A stretch of DNA of 64,000 nt. It comes from Mytilus edulis. Taxonomy: Eukaryota. Position numbers and translations under genes: made by a program. Below the pieces are notes generated by a model, which worked only from the letters and a program-made list of their open reading frames with translations, was not told the DNA's origin and did no database searches. Shown in pieces: positions 38,801-49,789 of the stretch. Numbering within the stretch: the first letter of the stretch is position 1; every line of letters starts with the position of its first letter. The stretch is from positions 55,738,001-55,802,000 of the forward strand of contig NC_092349.1 in the NCBI RefSeq assembly GCF_963676685.1. Reading direction: 5' to 3'.

Positions 38801-41733
38801 TCCAGTAATTTGTATGTATTAAGTCAGTCAAATGTCATCACTTAGTACAAACAAATTATTGATATGTTAATTAAAAAAGTTTCTGGCATGTTAAATTGAA
38901 GAAAATAAACTAGTATCTTTCCTTCTTTAATGAGTTTACCAGTCTGTATAATCATGGAAGTAAATACACAGCTCGAAATAAATATTCAATTTTAAATAGT
39001 TAGAATAATAATGTTTTTAATTATTTTAGGCTGTGTATACTTTCCCACAAGACCAACATCAGTGGCAAAGTTCACACATTTGCAGAAAGTTGAAATAGAG
39101 ATGCTCATGATCAGCAACATTGCATAAAGGAGAATCAACCTAACTCAGAAAACAGCAATATGTCTACCTTAAGTGTATATTGCTGTTGCGATAGAGTGTT
39201 TGTTACATCATTTAATTTTGACAGTCATTTATTCCAAGAAAATCATAATTACAGGAAATATAAAGAAAGAAGCGCTTTATTAAAACATTCAAAGATAAGC
39301 TAAATGCATAAAGGAAGTACGTCATTTATGCACAACAATGACGTAACGCCACACTACCCACGTGGTCACGTTACTTAGTTACATATCTTGATGAATCCCG
39401 TGAATGATGAAAACGTTAGAACAATATTAATAATATTTCATTATCTACTTTCCTGATTTTTTGTGTTTATATTAATATAAGAATCTGTACACGACTTATT
39501 TTAAACATTTATTAATATTTGTCTATATTTATATATATATATATATAGATATATTGAACAATTTTGTGAATTTTGTCCACTCTGATTCAAAAGTTTTTAA
39601 TTTTGTCACACTTTTCTCATGTTTTTCAGACAAATTATAAAAGATGTGCATTGTACGAAGAATTACTGCTGGTACATGTAACTGTGGCAGGGTAACTTAA
39701 TGTTTTTTTGAAAAAAGAAATAGTCTGTTGATCTATAATGTTTTTTTTAAAGCTCATTGTTTTGACCATCTCATGTCAAATAAAAAACAAATTAATGGAG
39801 CAAATTTTTTGAATTCTTTTTTACAAATTCTGTTATTCATGTGTGCAGCAAACTTGACAAAATTTGAGCTGGATTTAATAAATATGTATAAAACTGCCAT
39901 AAATTGTGTTTTTTTATATCTTTAACACTATGTGTGTGATAACTAAAGAACCAACCTTCTGAGATACTTTCAGAGCTTAAAAAATCCAGAGTTTCTACTT
40001 CAGGTATGTATATATTCATAAATGTGTTGTACCAACTTTGGTGACGGACGTTACAATTGAAACATCACTGGAAGCATACTATTCGCAAATCAATTTTTAT
40101 AGAGGCCATTAAGAAAAAATTAAAGGTAAAAACAAAATACATGTATCTGTAAGGACTCACCTCAAATAGGTTTACCTTCAATATCAATATTTTCGGTATT
40201 CGAAATTCAACCTTTGCCTAATACTCATCAGAAATGTTTGTAGGGAAATCGAGTATTCAATATGGTTATAATTGAATATTTTTTGACAATATTCATTTTT
40301 CTCAGAAAAATGACCGAATTTTTGGAATGTGTCAGCAATTTTACAAACCATTGTTCAAATTGGAAGATACCTCAGGAAGTGACTAGATGGAACCACCTTG
40401 AACATTTCAACACCTTTATAATTGGCGCCTGTTTTAATGTAAATGGTAAGTTGGAGACCTGATATTACGTACTATTTTAAATACTAGTACATTAGTGAAA
40501 CATTGGTGCAAGTAGGTTCTTTGCTTGGAGAAATAATTTGTTCACTTTTTATCAGTGTATTCATCAAAATTTTTAGGGAACCAATCAGAATTCTTTTCAA
40601 CATTTATACGTATTTCTTACTAAGTTTTATGTAAGGTATTTCAGTATACATCTGGGTATTGCAAAACTATTGATGATATTTTTGTCAGAATTACTTGCCG
40701 TTAATGACTGATTGTAATTACTAAACATCTGTGTTCTTCAATGCTACAATATCGATATAAAAGAATTCCTCTTAAAACAATGAAAGTGACAGTTTTGCCC
40801 TTGTTTCAAGAAGCATGAGTTTTTCCATGATGAACATAAACTTATCATAGAAACCAGGATTAAATTTTGTATTTACGCCAGATGTACGTTTTGTCTACAA
40901 AAGACTCATCAGTGACGCTCGAATTGAAGGCATCTTTGTGACTCTTTAATGAAAAACATAAATTCAAAATTATATTTTTCAGCGTTAGATGATGGATTAA
41001 GGTGTATTGGTTCAAAAAGAGGGAATGTGCTTAACATATTCGCCAGGAGGAACTGCGACAAATCTGCAGCAGAATGGACAAACACTTTAAGGCCTAGAAC
41101 GGAAATGCAACATTATTGTATGTATGTACTCTTTATAATTTATCTTTAATCAAAGTAAATTTTTGAAAACCAATTAAAACATAAAATACAAAATACAAAA
41201 AGAAAATGAAAAATAACGCTTAATTTTTTTTTTACCTTTACCAAAGTGCAAAGCAAATGTGAATTTCTAATCGCATCCAGTTATTCGTATAGCTAAAATA
41301 TATATAACGTTACATGTATATTTTCACATCATGCAAAACCGATGTTATCAATGTTTTTTTTTTCTTCAGTCGTATGATTTTTATAATCCAATGTCTTGTC
41401 AATCAAACACGAGAGCTCGGATGTTCCTGTTCCGATGAATTTTATGATTTCTTGCTACATTCGTCCTACGTCCGTTTGCCAGTAGAGTGTTTTGATTCTA
41501 ATTCGACTAAGATGAAATGGCATTACATGTACACAGAAATACCAAAAAAGTTCCCAGTAAGACAGAACAGAACATATGAAGAAGAACCAAATACATGTAC
41601 CACTACTGATGATACTGTTAGTTCTGCAGCTTGGAACTACATGCCACACGTTTCAATAATCAAACTGAATTTGATTTTATACTTGTTACAAGCAGTTTTG
41701 GAGTTACCATTGAAAATTAACTTTCTGATTTAA
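32835..41733 (+). CDS. Uncharacterised secreted/GPI-anchored cysteine-rich glycoprotein, 287 aa; join(32835-32877,33274-33451,40306-40445,40983-41121,41370-41733)
   Basis: Exons join in frame with phases 1,2,1,2 and GT-AG sites. Hydrophobic N-terminus MHLLGSFMISCIFHDLYGA, 14 Cys in the mature part, six NxS/T sequons, C-terminal SSAA + hydrophobic tail. Exon 1 (donor gttggt) is the least certain. Confidence 0.8.
33274..33451 (+). CDS. Cys-rich protein exon 2 (LYGALLTLNETC...ALCET)
   Basis: ttgcag acceptor, AG|gtaaga donor, 178 nt. Confidence 0.8.
33548..33990 (+). mobile_element. SINE-like dispersed repeat with Nin/Deu-like core, family B copy 2 (intron 2 of the Cys-rich gene)
   Basis: Direct-orientation near-duplicate of 26811-27246. 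Confidence 0.8.
34400..37010 (-). mobile_element. Highly degenerate non-LTR retrotransposon remnant (ORF1-like region at ~36300-37010)
   Basis: Overlapping broken minus-strand ORFs (VKPIFIKESD...LWITQVEIY; VRGIQHVQRIKQMWKIYLDSEEDRMMLL...VRVKNITLSADD) resemble L1/Tx1-type ORF1; downstream coding-like sequence full of stops; boundaries approximate. Confidence 0.5.
40306..40445 (+). CDS. Cys-rich protein exon 3 (KMTEFLECVSNFTNHC...GACFNVN)
   Basis: tctcag acceptor, gtaagt donor, 140 nt. Confidence 0.82.
40874..40920 (-). ncRNA. Hammerhead-ribozyme-like motif, near intact (one core substitution)
   Basis: Minus strand: gagcgtca-CTGATGA-gtc(ttttgta)gac-AAAA-cgt(acatctg)gcg-TA; GAAA box reads AAAA. 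Confidence 0.6.
40983..41121 (+). CDS. Cys-rich protein exon 4 (LDDGLRCIG...QHYC)
   Basis: tttcag acceptor, gtatgt donor, 139 nt. Confidence 0.82.
41370..41733 (+). CDS. Cys-rich protein exon 5 (RMIFIIQCLVNQTRELGCSC...NFLI*)
   Basis: cttcag acceptor after a poly-T tract, open to TAA at 41731-41733. Confidence 0.82.
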
Positions 41734-42360
41734 AGTTCACGAAGACCTATATTCTTGCACTTTTTCAAATGGACAGTTTTTTTTAAATTTATTTGCCAAC
41801 ATTTTGACCGTATATGTTTTAGTGTACCGTGTGTTCCTTTTTAGTTTAATTTACTTCAATAATGAGCATAGATGACTGTTTGGCTCTGTCAATGATTGAT
41901 AATCTAGATCTAGATTCCTGTTCAATGATTAATCTAAAAACAAATTGTTTTGTTTGTTGTTGTTTTTTATTGCCATTTCATATTTGTTTCAAAGTACAAT
42001 CAATGTATGTTGTTTGATGGGTTATTTAATAATTCGAATGAAAAATCGTTTAAGAAGTTTAATTAAGTTGTCTATAAATGAAAACCCATCTGTCCGCCAA
42101 AAAAGAACGTTTAGTAAGATTAAATTTTTACTCGAAATTTACCACATTTTTATCCAAAGTAAAATTATTGTGTGTATCATAACACGTTTCTTTATATGTG
42201 AATTATACGTCGTTTTCAAGAAACTAGAAATTAAATTACAAATTCAATCAACACTTTTGAATTGTGAGAAAATGAATTATCTCGTTCCGTTAACCATTGT
42301 GTTCCATAAACTATAAGGTCAATAACAAAGATAGTTGTCAGTCAATAAATTTTTGTGTGT

Positions 42361-43160
42361 AATAGTTATCCCATGAGGACTCGGTGTGTCAGTGTCAGAT
42401 CACTGATCTGACACTTACACACCAAGTCCAAATGGGATAACTATTTTACATCCCAGCTGTTTAAGATTAGAGGAAAAACATTTACAATTCGTAAAATCTA
42501 GTTTATAACGCCACACAACCATTATAATATACTTAATATGTTACGATATACTATACACCCTTTATGACCCCCCGAACACGATGTTTAAATATGAAACCAT
42601 GACAAAAAAATTGAAAACAACACGTTTAATATTTTCATGCGTCCGAAGCGCTTTTCTGGATTTACCTTCATCAGGAACTCGTCCAACTGACTAATCGGCT
42701 CACACTAAATCGCCACTTTCTAAAAAATCAACCAACTCTTGTTGATCAACACGCCCCACCTACGAAAAAGGTAACCCATTGAACAATCAGTCTGATAACT
42801 CGCCTTATTTATGAAAAGGATAAAAATCCCACTAAATAAAGGTCTGCATACTCGCCCCCACTTATGAAAATATATTGCTTCCTTTAAATATGTTAAATTA
42901 CTGAGAGTTGGTATCAAGTCGTTCTGGTGTAGGAGTATGTGTCGTGGTTGATATGCTAAAGGTCTTGAGTTTGAATCTTAGTAAAGACAATGGATTTTTT
43001 CTACGTTAATTTTGAATGTGTCTCTTCTCTCATTATATATTTTTAAGTTTTATTGTTGTAATAAGCGTTCACGCAAAAATGTTACAAAACAAATGAAAGC
43101 ATACAAAACAAAGAAACTCTTGATGGGGTGATCCGGTAGAACAAATGAGCTTGGATGTAA
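42361..43160 (+). mobile_element. Palindrome-terminated ~800-bp element, copy 1
   Basis: Palindrome 42361-42445; ttacatcccagct (42446-42458) recurs inverted at 43148-43160; homologous in reverse to 45898-46598. Confidence 0.75.
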
Positions 43161-43962
43161 GTTTAATTTATTTATTTGTATGGCCAGATTGTAGATTGTT
43201 ATTTTGTTCGGAGGAATATGCTTTATATCAGTTTTCAGAACTTTACACTTTTCATTGAATACATTTTTTTCTTTCTTATATGTGTGGTATAAGAGTCGGA
43301 CAGTTTCATTTCTCTTACGGAATATAGCACCTCAAGTCTATGTTATGGTCCTGCATGATGTTGTCGACCAAAATCACCCTCGGTGTCATGAAAACAAAAA
43401 TGTAGCACCGTGCGTTATTGCTAAAAGTTATACAACCGTTACAGCAGACATAACTGCAGTTATTTCACAACTTAATATGAATGTTTAATCTTTCTACCTT
43501 GTTTAAAATTGGAATTTGTTTATTTTAATGCTAAACATACATTTTTAACAAATTCGGTAGTTTAAAATTTCAAATTAAATAATCAGCAATAAAAGTCACC
43601 GACAAAACAAATTATGAATCAAACCAACCAAAAATACTCCTAATGGTCCTATTTATGACATCAAAGAAAGCAAATATAACAGACAGCGACCAACAGCAAC
43701 CAATGAATTACATGTGCCCTATTTTGAACAGACGCATACATAGTGTAGCAGAGTTAAACACTTTTGTCTGCAATAAACCCTTCCTTTGCCTGGGACAATA
43801 ATGTAACAACACAAAATAAGAACAAACTGTACAAAAAAGGCTCAACGCATCAAAACGGCACAAAACACAAACAGAACTTTTGTTTTCATTTGTTGCCACT
43901 CATGCTCATTTTTGTTTCTATGATTTTTCTATGTTTTCTGGCGAAAGTATATTGTAACTTAA

Positions 43963-44227
43963 GGTGGTAAAATTAATTTGGCTTGTTTAATTTTCATAAA
44001 ATTTTGACAAAACATTGACTTTGAACATGTTGAACCTTTGACAAAAATAAAAAAAATTCACAAAATTTGAACCAACCATTTTATCAATAAAATTACACTG
44101 GTTATATAGCAGTTTTACAAACACTAATTTTGATCATTGAGAAGCTTAATATTCTCTTAACAACACAACGTAATCAAAACCTTTAGCTGATTTTACAGAG
44201 TTATCTTCTTGTAGTGTTGTTACCACC
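43963..44227. mobile_element. Kolobok-like MITE (TTAA TSD)
   Basis: ttaa|ggtggtaa ... ttaccacc|ttaa; body matches 16002-16311. Confidence 0.85.
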
Positions 44228-45037
44228 TTAACTACATTAATTATCATGACTGGATATGTCGAAAGTCTTAAAGAAAGTTTTAATGGTTATACAACAAGTA
44301 TAACATAACTCTATCTTTAAAATGTATTCATGTTAATAAGTTAAGGTAAGATAAAAAAAAAGGGGGGGGGGGGCGAAAGATACCAGAGGGACATTCAAAC
44401 TCAAAAATCGAAAATAAACTGACAACGCCATGGCTATAAATGAAAAAAAACAGACAAATAATAGTACACATGACACAACATAGAAAACTAAAGACTAAGC
44501 AACACGGATACTATGCCATAAAGATTACGTTGCTACCATTCCATATAAATATATTTGACCAACTACAAAGCCACTTTAAGTTTCTGAGATTCGTACTTGA
44601 CCATGGAACAAACCTTGTTCACTTATGCATGAAATGAAGTCAATCGAGGTCAAGTAAACCATGTTTGACGGTTGGAATAATACTAGTTGTCAAATATAGT
44701 TATTATAGAACTCATGATAAATGAAACACTCATATGATGAAAAAACACGATGCAACTTTTTAACAGGCACTGAACCATGACAATTATTTCAAGGACAATA
44801 CTAGTAATCATATATGACAGACTAGTACTTCGTTAAACAACGTATCTATAAATAAAGTATGAATCATACAGTTCCTCTAACCTCTTATATATATATATAT
44901 ATATATATAAAGCTCTACAAATAGTTAATGCTGTTGTCGCCGCCACCACCATCAGATTGTTATTACTTTGACTTGCAATATACAAAAAGCGTTGAATGCG
45001 CATGAAAAATAGAAATAAGCTCTCTGATCAAGACCTG

Positions 45038-45147
45038 GGGTCGGTTTCACAAAAAAAAACTTACGACTAAGATTGGTCTTAAGTCATGAACGAATCAGTA
45101 TACTTACGATTAATCATAGTCGTAAGTTTTTTTTGTGAAATCGACTT
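45038..45147. mobile_element. 110-bp MITE with 3-bp CTG TSD (PIF/Harbinger-like)
   Basis: ctg|gggtcggtttcacaaaaaaaaacttacgacta ... tagtcgtaagttttttttgtgaaatcgactt|ctg. Confidence 0.75.
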
Positions 45148-45897
45148 CTGGTCCGTGAACTTTTAAGCTAACATTAGAACATGAATCGTTATATCTACTG
45201 CTAGCTTCGACAATTTTTCTACAACTGCTCGAAGAATACATCGATGCTGTACATAACCCTCGTTTTGTAGATAAACTATATTAGATCGCTGAATAAATTT
45301 TACAAGTGTGAACGATGGAATAATTAAGCGTCCTATTTCAATTTTGATTTTGTTTTCTAAATTTTGACAGACACTCATCCCCTTTTTCATCGTTTGCAGT
45401 ATTTCTTACTTCTACAGACAGGACATCGATATACTCAGACCTCTTTTGAAATTCAATTCATTATGCGTTATACCTATCAAAAGACGTGAAAAAAATAACA
45501 TTCTGTGAGGGCAACTTATAAATTATAAAATCTATAAAAATAAATCTTAAGTGATTCCGTATACATAATATATCTAATTTAATGTAAAAATTTCACATCA
45601 GGTCAAAGTCACTGTTCTTTTCCAGATAAATGAAAATTGTAAATGTGCACCCTACATATATAAATACAAAAGTCAATATCGATCATATTTTGCAAAAAAA
45701 TATTAAAATAGTCCTTACTATAGAAACTATAGTAATAATCTTTTACAAAATTCTAAAAAATTTCGCTCTTATGTGTATACGTTTATGCGTCAAATTGTCT
45801 CAATGTGAATTTACGCTTCCCTGCAATTTACGCCTTGACCCATGTTTTAAAAAAACGTGTAACAACTGTAGACAATGACTCTTTCCAATCATACCAA

Positions 45898-46598
45898 TTA
45901 CATCCCAGCTCCTTTTTTCTACCAGGGGTGATCTGAGTCGGATAACCCCAACCAGATCACCCCAGCTGGAGTTTCCTTGTTCTGCATGCGTTCCTTTGTT
46001 CTGTAACTTTTTGGCGGGAATGTTAAATCCGCAATAAAACTTAGATATATGTATACGGAGAAGACTAACATTTACAATTAGTGAAGACAAAATCCAGTGT
46101 CTATGCTGGGATTCGATCTCAAAACATTTCGAATATAAACCCATAAATCAAACCCCTACAACAGGACTCAGTAACTTAACTTATTTAAAAGAAATAAAAA
46201 AATCGCCCAACACCAAATCGCCCCACTTTTTCACCAACTCGCCCCACTCTAGTACTGCATGTACGATCTAAGTGACGACTTTCTCTGATACGTGGGGTAA
46301 GTTGTCACGACTAAATTCAGTGTGGTTTTTCTATTTTTCGTAAGTGGGGCGAGTTGGCAGAACTTTATTCTATGATATTTTTACCCTTTTTCTTAAGTGG
46401 GACGAGTTGGTAAACAAGAGCTGGGCGATATTTCAGATGTTATGAATAGCAAATGTTTTTTCATCTAATCTATAACAGCTGGGATGTAAAATAGTTATTC
46501 CATTCGGACTTAGTGTGTTAGTGTAAGATCATCCTCTGGCCTCCGGCCATCGGGGATTACCTTACACTGACACACCGCTTCATCATGGGATAACAATT
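45898..46598 (-). mobile_element. Palindrome-terminated ~700-bp element, copy 2 (inverted)
   Basis: ttacatcccagct 45898-45910 / agctgggatgtaa 46477-46489, palindrome ~46489-46598; internal ctcgccccact repeats and box-B-like gatcgaatccc. Confidence 0.75.
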
Positions 46599-46869
46599 AC
46601 ATATAGCTATGTGTTATTTATTTACCAAAATCAATCAAATTCGTTGACTGCGCTCCCTTATAGTAAGTTAAAAATAATTCACCACTAAATTTGTTTGCAA
46701 ATTATAGGAAAATCTTCATATATGTCATGTTTTTGTCGTAGGTTAACGGGTTCACGATTTTCTAACTTTCGTTCTTTTACAGCATAACCCAAGATACGTG
46801 TATCGTATTGTTTTTTGAAATTTTCAACATGAAAAATATTAAATTATTGCACCCTTTGTTGGTGGTTAA

Positions 46870-47462
46870 GGTAGATCATAAGTATATACTTTTTGAAACA
46901 GAATTTTCTTATAATTTGCCAAAATGAAGATTTTACTATGCTTATATCAAAAATATAATAAAATGTATGGGTCACCGTGCTATTTTTTAAGCTATGAGTC
47001 GTTGAAAATTGCCTAAATTTGGTTAGATTGTTCATGAAAAAAAACACATTTGTGTGCATAAAAAACATTCTATGAGATAGAATTTTAAAATAAATTGTGA
47101 AAAGATAGGTTTCATTACATGTTTTAAGAAAAGAAAAAGAAAAAAGGGGGTCACCGATTTTGTTTTCTTGCTACAAGTAAAAATAATAATTTTCCTTATT
47201 AGTCCAGTATAATTTTTTTACAAAAGAGTTATCTCCCCTTAAATGGCTCATTTGAAAAAAATGATTCTAAATACAAAAGAAAATGATATTTGTTTAAATA
47301 TTTTGAATAATACAATAAATCACCAAGTTTTCCTTATCTAAATTAACAGTCTAACCATTAAATTGCAAATCTGTCTCAAAATTTGCAGATTTGGACAATT
47401 AACTAGACCGATTTTGTACTGTGATTGTACAATCCAAGATGGCGGTATACCATGTATCTACC
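46870..47462. mobile_element. Kolobok-like non-autonomous element
   Basis: ttaa|ggtagat ... atctacc|ttga; shares ccgccatcttggattgt and ggtgacc segments (inverted) with 11174-11667. Confidence 0.75.
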
Positions 47463-47629
47463 TTGATATAGTGTGTATATTGAATATATCATATAACGAA
47501 AGCAGAAAGTAATTTCTTAATTTTGTTTCTTACACTATTGTGTCAATAATAAGGACAATGGTCACTGAATAAATTGTTCATTTCTGCTTATTATGTGGTC
47601 GATTCGTATTTTTTTAATATCCAGTTAAC

Positions 47630-48860
47630 TTTGAAGATTAGCATTTAAGAATAGAAAAGCGTTAGGCATATACGCATCCATTACATTTTAAATGTACTAG
47701 ACATCGAGCGATCAGACACATTTCCTCTGTTCCATGTCTTTCGCGGTTGTGATACGGTATCTTCGTTTGCTGGAAAAGGAAAATGATTGTGTTGGAAGAC
47801 ATGGATGGCACATGAAGATGTGACTTTAGCAATTACAATGAATATTGAAAAGCGAACATTGATTTGATTACGTCATTGAAAGACGATACGTGGTTTTGGT
47901 GCACGATACACAAAACAAAACCGTCAGATTTGGTTTAAGAAAGCAAGCAAACAACTGTTTGCGCAAAAGACAAGACAAATTGAGGCTTTTTCTGCCGACT
48001 CGGTCTAGTTCCCTGATGTGCAATATACCAAGACGGTTGCGTATGGGGAACGAGCTTGGCATTGGTTTCTTTGGAACCTTGTCCAGGCGCTAATGGAAAG
48101 TAAATGGAAAAAGATGATAAATGAGAACCCTTTTGAGCAGTTCTTTCTGCGGCCTCGTCATATTGTCAGGAGCTTGTACATTGAATATGTAAGAAAAAAT
48201 GCCGTGGTCGTTGTAAACGTGGAAAATCGGGTCGCCCGTGCACTGTTTTGTATTTGTGGTTTTGATTAAAAATAAACATGCATTTACGCCAATATATAAG
48301 TAATTCAAAAGATGTTTTAGTACTTTAGTGGAATTATCTTTTTTAATAAATCTATTGGAAAACTCTACTAGTCCGGCGGCTACAAGCATATTTCTTATGA
48401 ATTGTGCACATCCTGCTACAAGCATAAAATTTGGCAAAGATTTGGCAAAGACCTTCCGCAACTATTTGTCTTCTATTTCAGATAGGGAGGCATTTGAAAA
48501 AAATGTCTCACTTCCGGTAAAATTCAAAATGGCGGACATCATACAGCCCTTTATCGAAGGCTAGTATGTGAAAAGGTGTTATTATCATGCTACTAACATA
48601 ATATTTGGTACCAAACTTTGTTATATACTACTGTTGGATATATAATATAGATAAGATGTCTTCAAAAACTATTGGTAGTTAGTTATCCTCAAAACTACTA
48701 ATTTTATTCTATTGTAAATTTTTAAATCACACTTCCGGAAAAAACACCCCAATATGGTGTAAATTTCAAAAATGAGTCTTAGATAGATTGGTTAAAACAA
48801 AATGAAATTATAGAAGTACTAAAACTTTTTTTCAAATTACTACTATTTGGCTAAAAATAC
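47630..48860 (+). mobile_element. AcademX-like DNA transposon remnant (XPG-like nuclease end + Cys-rich finger), copy 1
   Basis: FPLFHVFRGCDTVSSFAGKGK*LCWKTW from 47721; CQELVH*ICKKKCRGRCKRGKSGRPCTVL at ~48160-48250; stops and frameshifts. Confidence 0.7.
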
Positions 48861-48949
48861 ATGTTTATTCACAGTCACCACCACATGCAAACACAGCAGT
48901 GCACGGGAGACCAGATTTTCCACATTAACAACGACCGCGAAATCCCCTT

Positions 48950-49762
48950 TATCTGTATATGTATGCATACGTTGTCGATACCAATTATGGCTTTAACGAT
49001 TTGAGAGAGCGCCGCCGATTTATTGACGAAACGTTAGAGCAGATTTGACGTTTTCTACGCTTGATGCACGCACTTCAGTGTCGTCTAGCTGATTCGACGC
49101 GATCACTGTCTTTACAAAGAATGAGATTGAGTATTGTGGTGTTTTGCTGAGTGGAATGTCAAAACCCTTAGAGTGATTCTTTACTTGCTTTTCCACAATA
49201 TTTGTTGCGTGGTATTCTTCGAACTTCTTGGCAGTTATGATTCTCATAGGACGTCCTTTTTTGAGAAATTCGTCTGGGTCAATAGCGGGAATCAGCCCCT
49301 AAACCACTTTGCACATAAATATCAACTTCTAGCTTGTTCGTCTTGCAATTGTCTGGAGGTATGGTAGTTCCAGTTGGGCACACCCGTCCTCTCTTGACTT
49401 GTAATCTATGGTGATAAATCTTGCCGCTCGCCGTTGTATCCTTTCTAGCTTATTTATGTTTGTTACCGTGTAGGGGTCCCATACTATGGATCCATATTCA
49501 ATCTTTGATCAACGAGCGAGATGTAAGCAGTTAGTTTGCAATCTTGTTGGCAATATTTCAAGTTTCTTCTTTGAAAGCCTAGTGTTGAATTTGCTTTCTT
49601 TGCCACTTTAATATGTGGGTGGTCCATTTGAGGTCTTAGGCCTAGGTACGGGTTATATTTGACTTGTTGTAGTATGTGTCCATTTAAACTGTAGATTTTA
49701 TGGATTTTGTTTCTGATGCTTAGGATGTAGCATTTTTTGGCATTGAACCGCATTCCCCACTA
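48950..49762 (-). mobile_element. 5'-truncated CR1/L2-group LINE fragment (RT C-terminus)
   Basis: WGMRFNAKKC, PYLG, KKANSTLGFQRRNLKYC...TAYISLV, WDP, SFFVKTVIASNQL...SSVENVKSAL. Confidence 0.85.
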
Positions 49763-49789
49763 CATCCACAATGTACAAGCTTCTGACAA

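Noticed and set aside
39030-39170. Candidate extra exon of the Cys-rich gene after a good acceptor
   Set aside because: Stops in all three frames before a convincing donor; exon 2 joins exon 3 in frame without it.
39630-39691. Candidate cassette exon (QIIKDVHCTKNYCWY)
   Set aside because: Strong acceptor but only weak frame-preserving donors (one creates TGA); not needed for the Cys pattern; cannot be supported without RNA data.
41945-42316. 123-aa ORF and the many other 60-120-aa ORFs in the track
   Set aside because: F/L/I/K-rich translations typical of AT-rich non-coding DNA or antisense to TEs and exons; no motifs or splice support.
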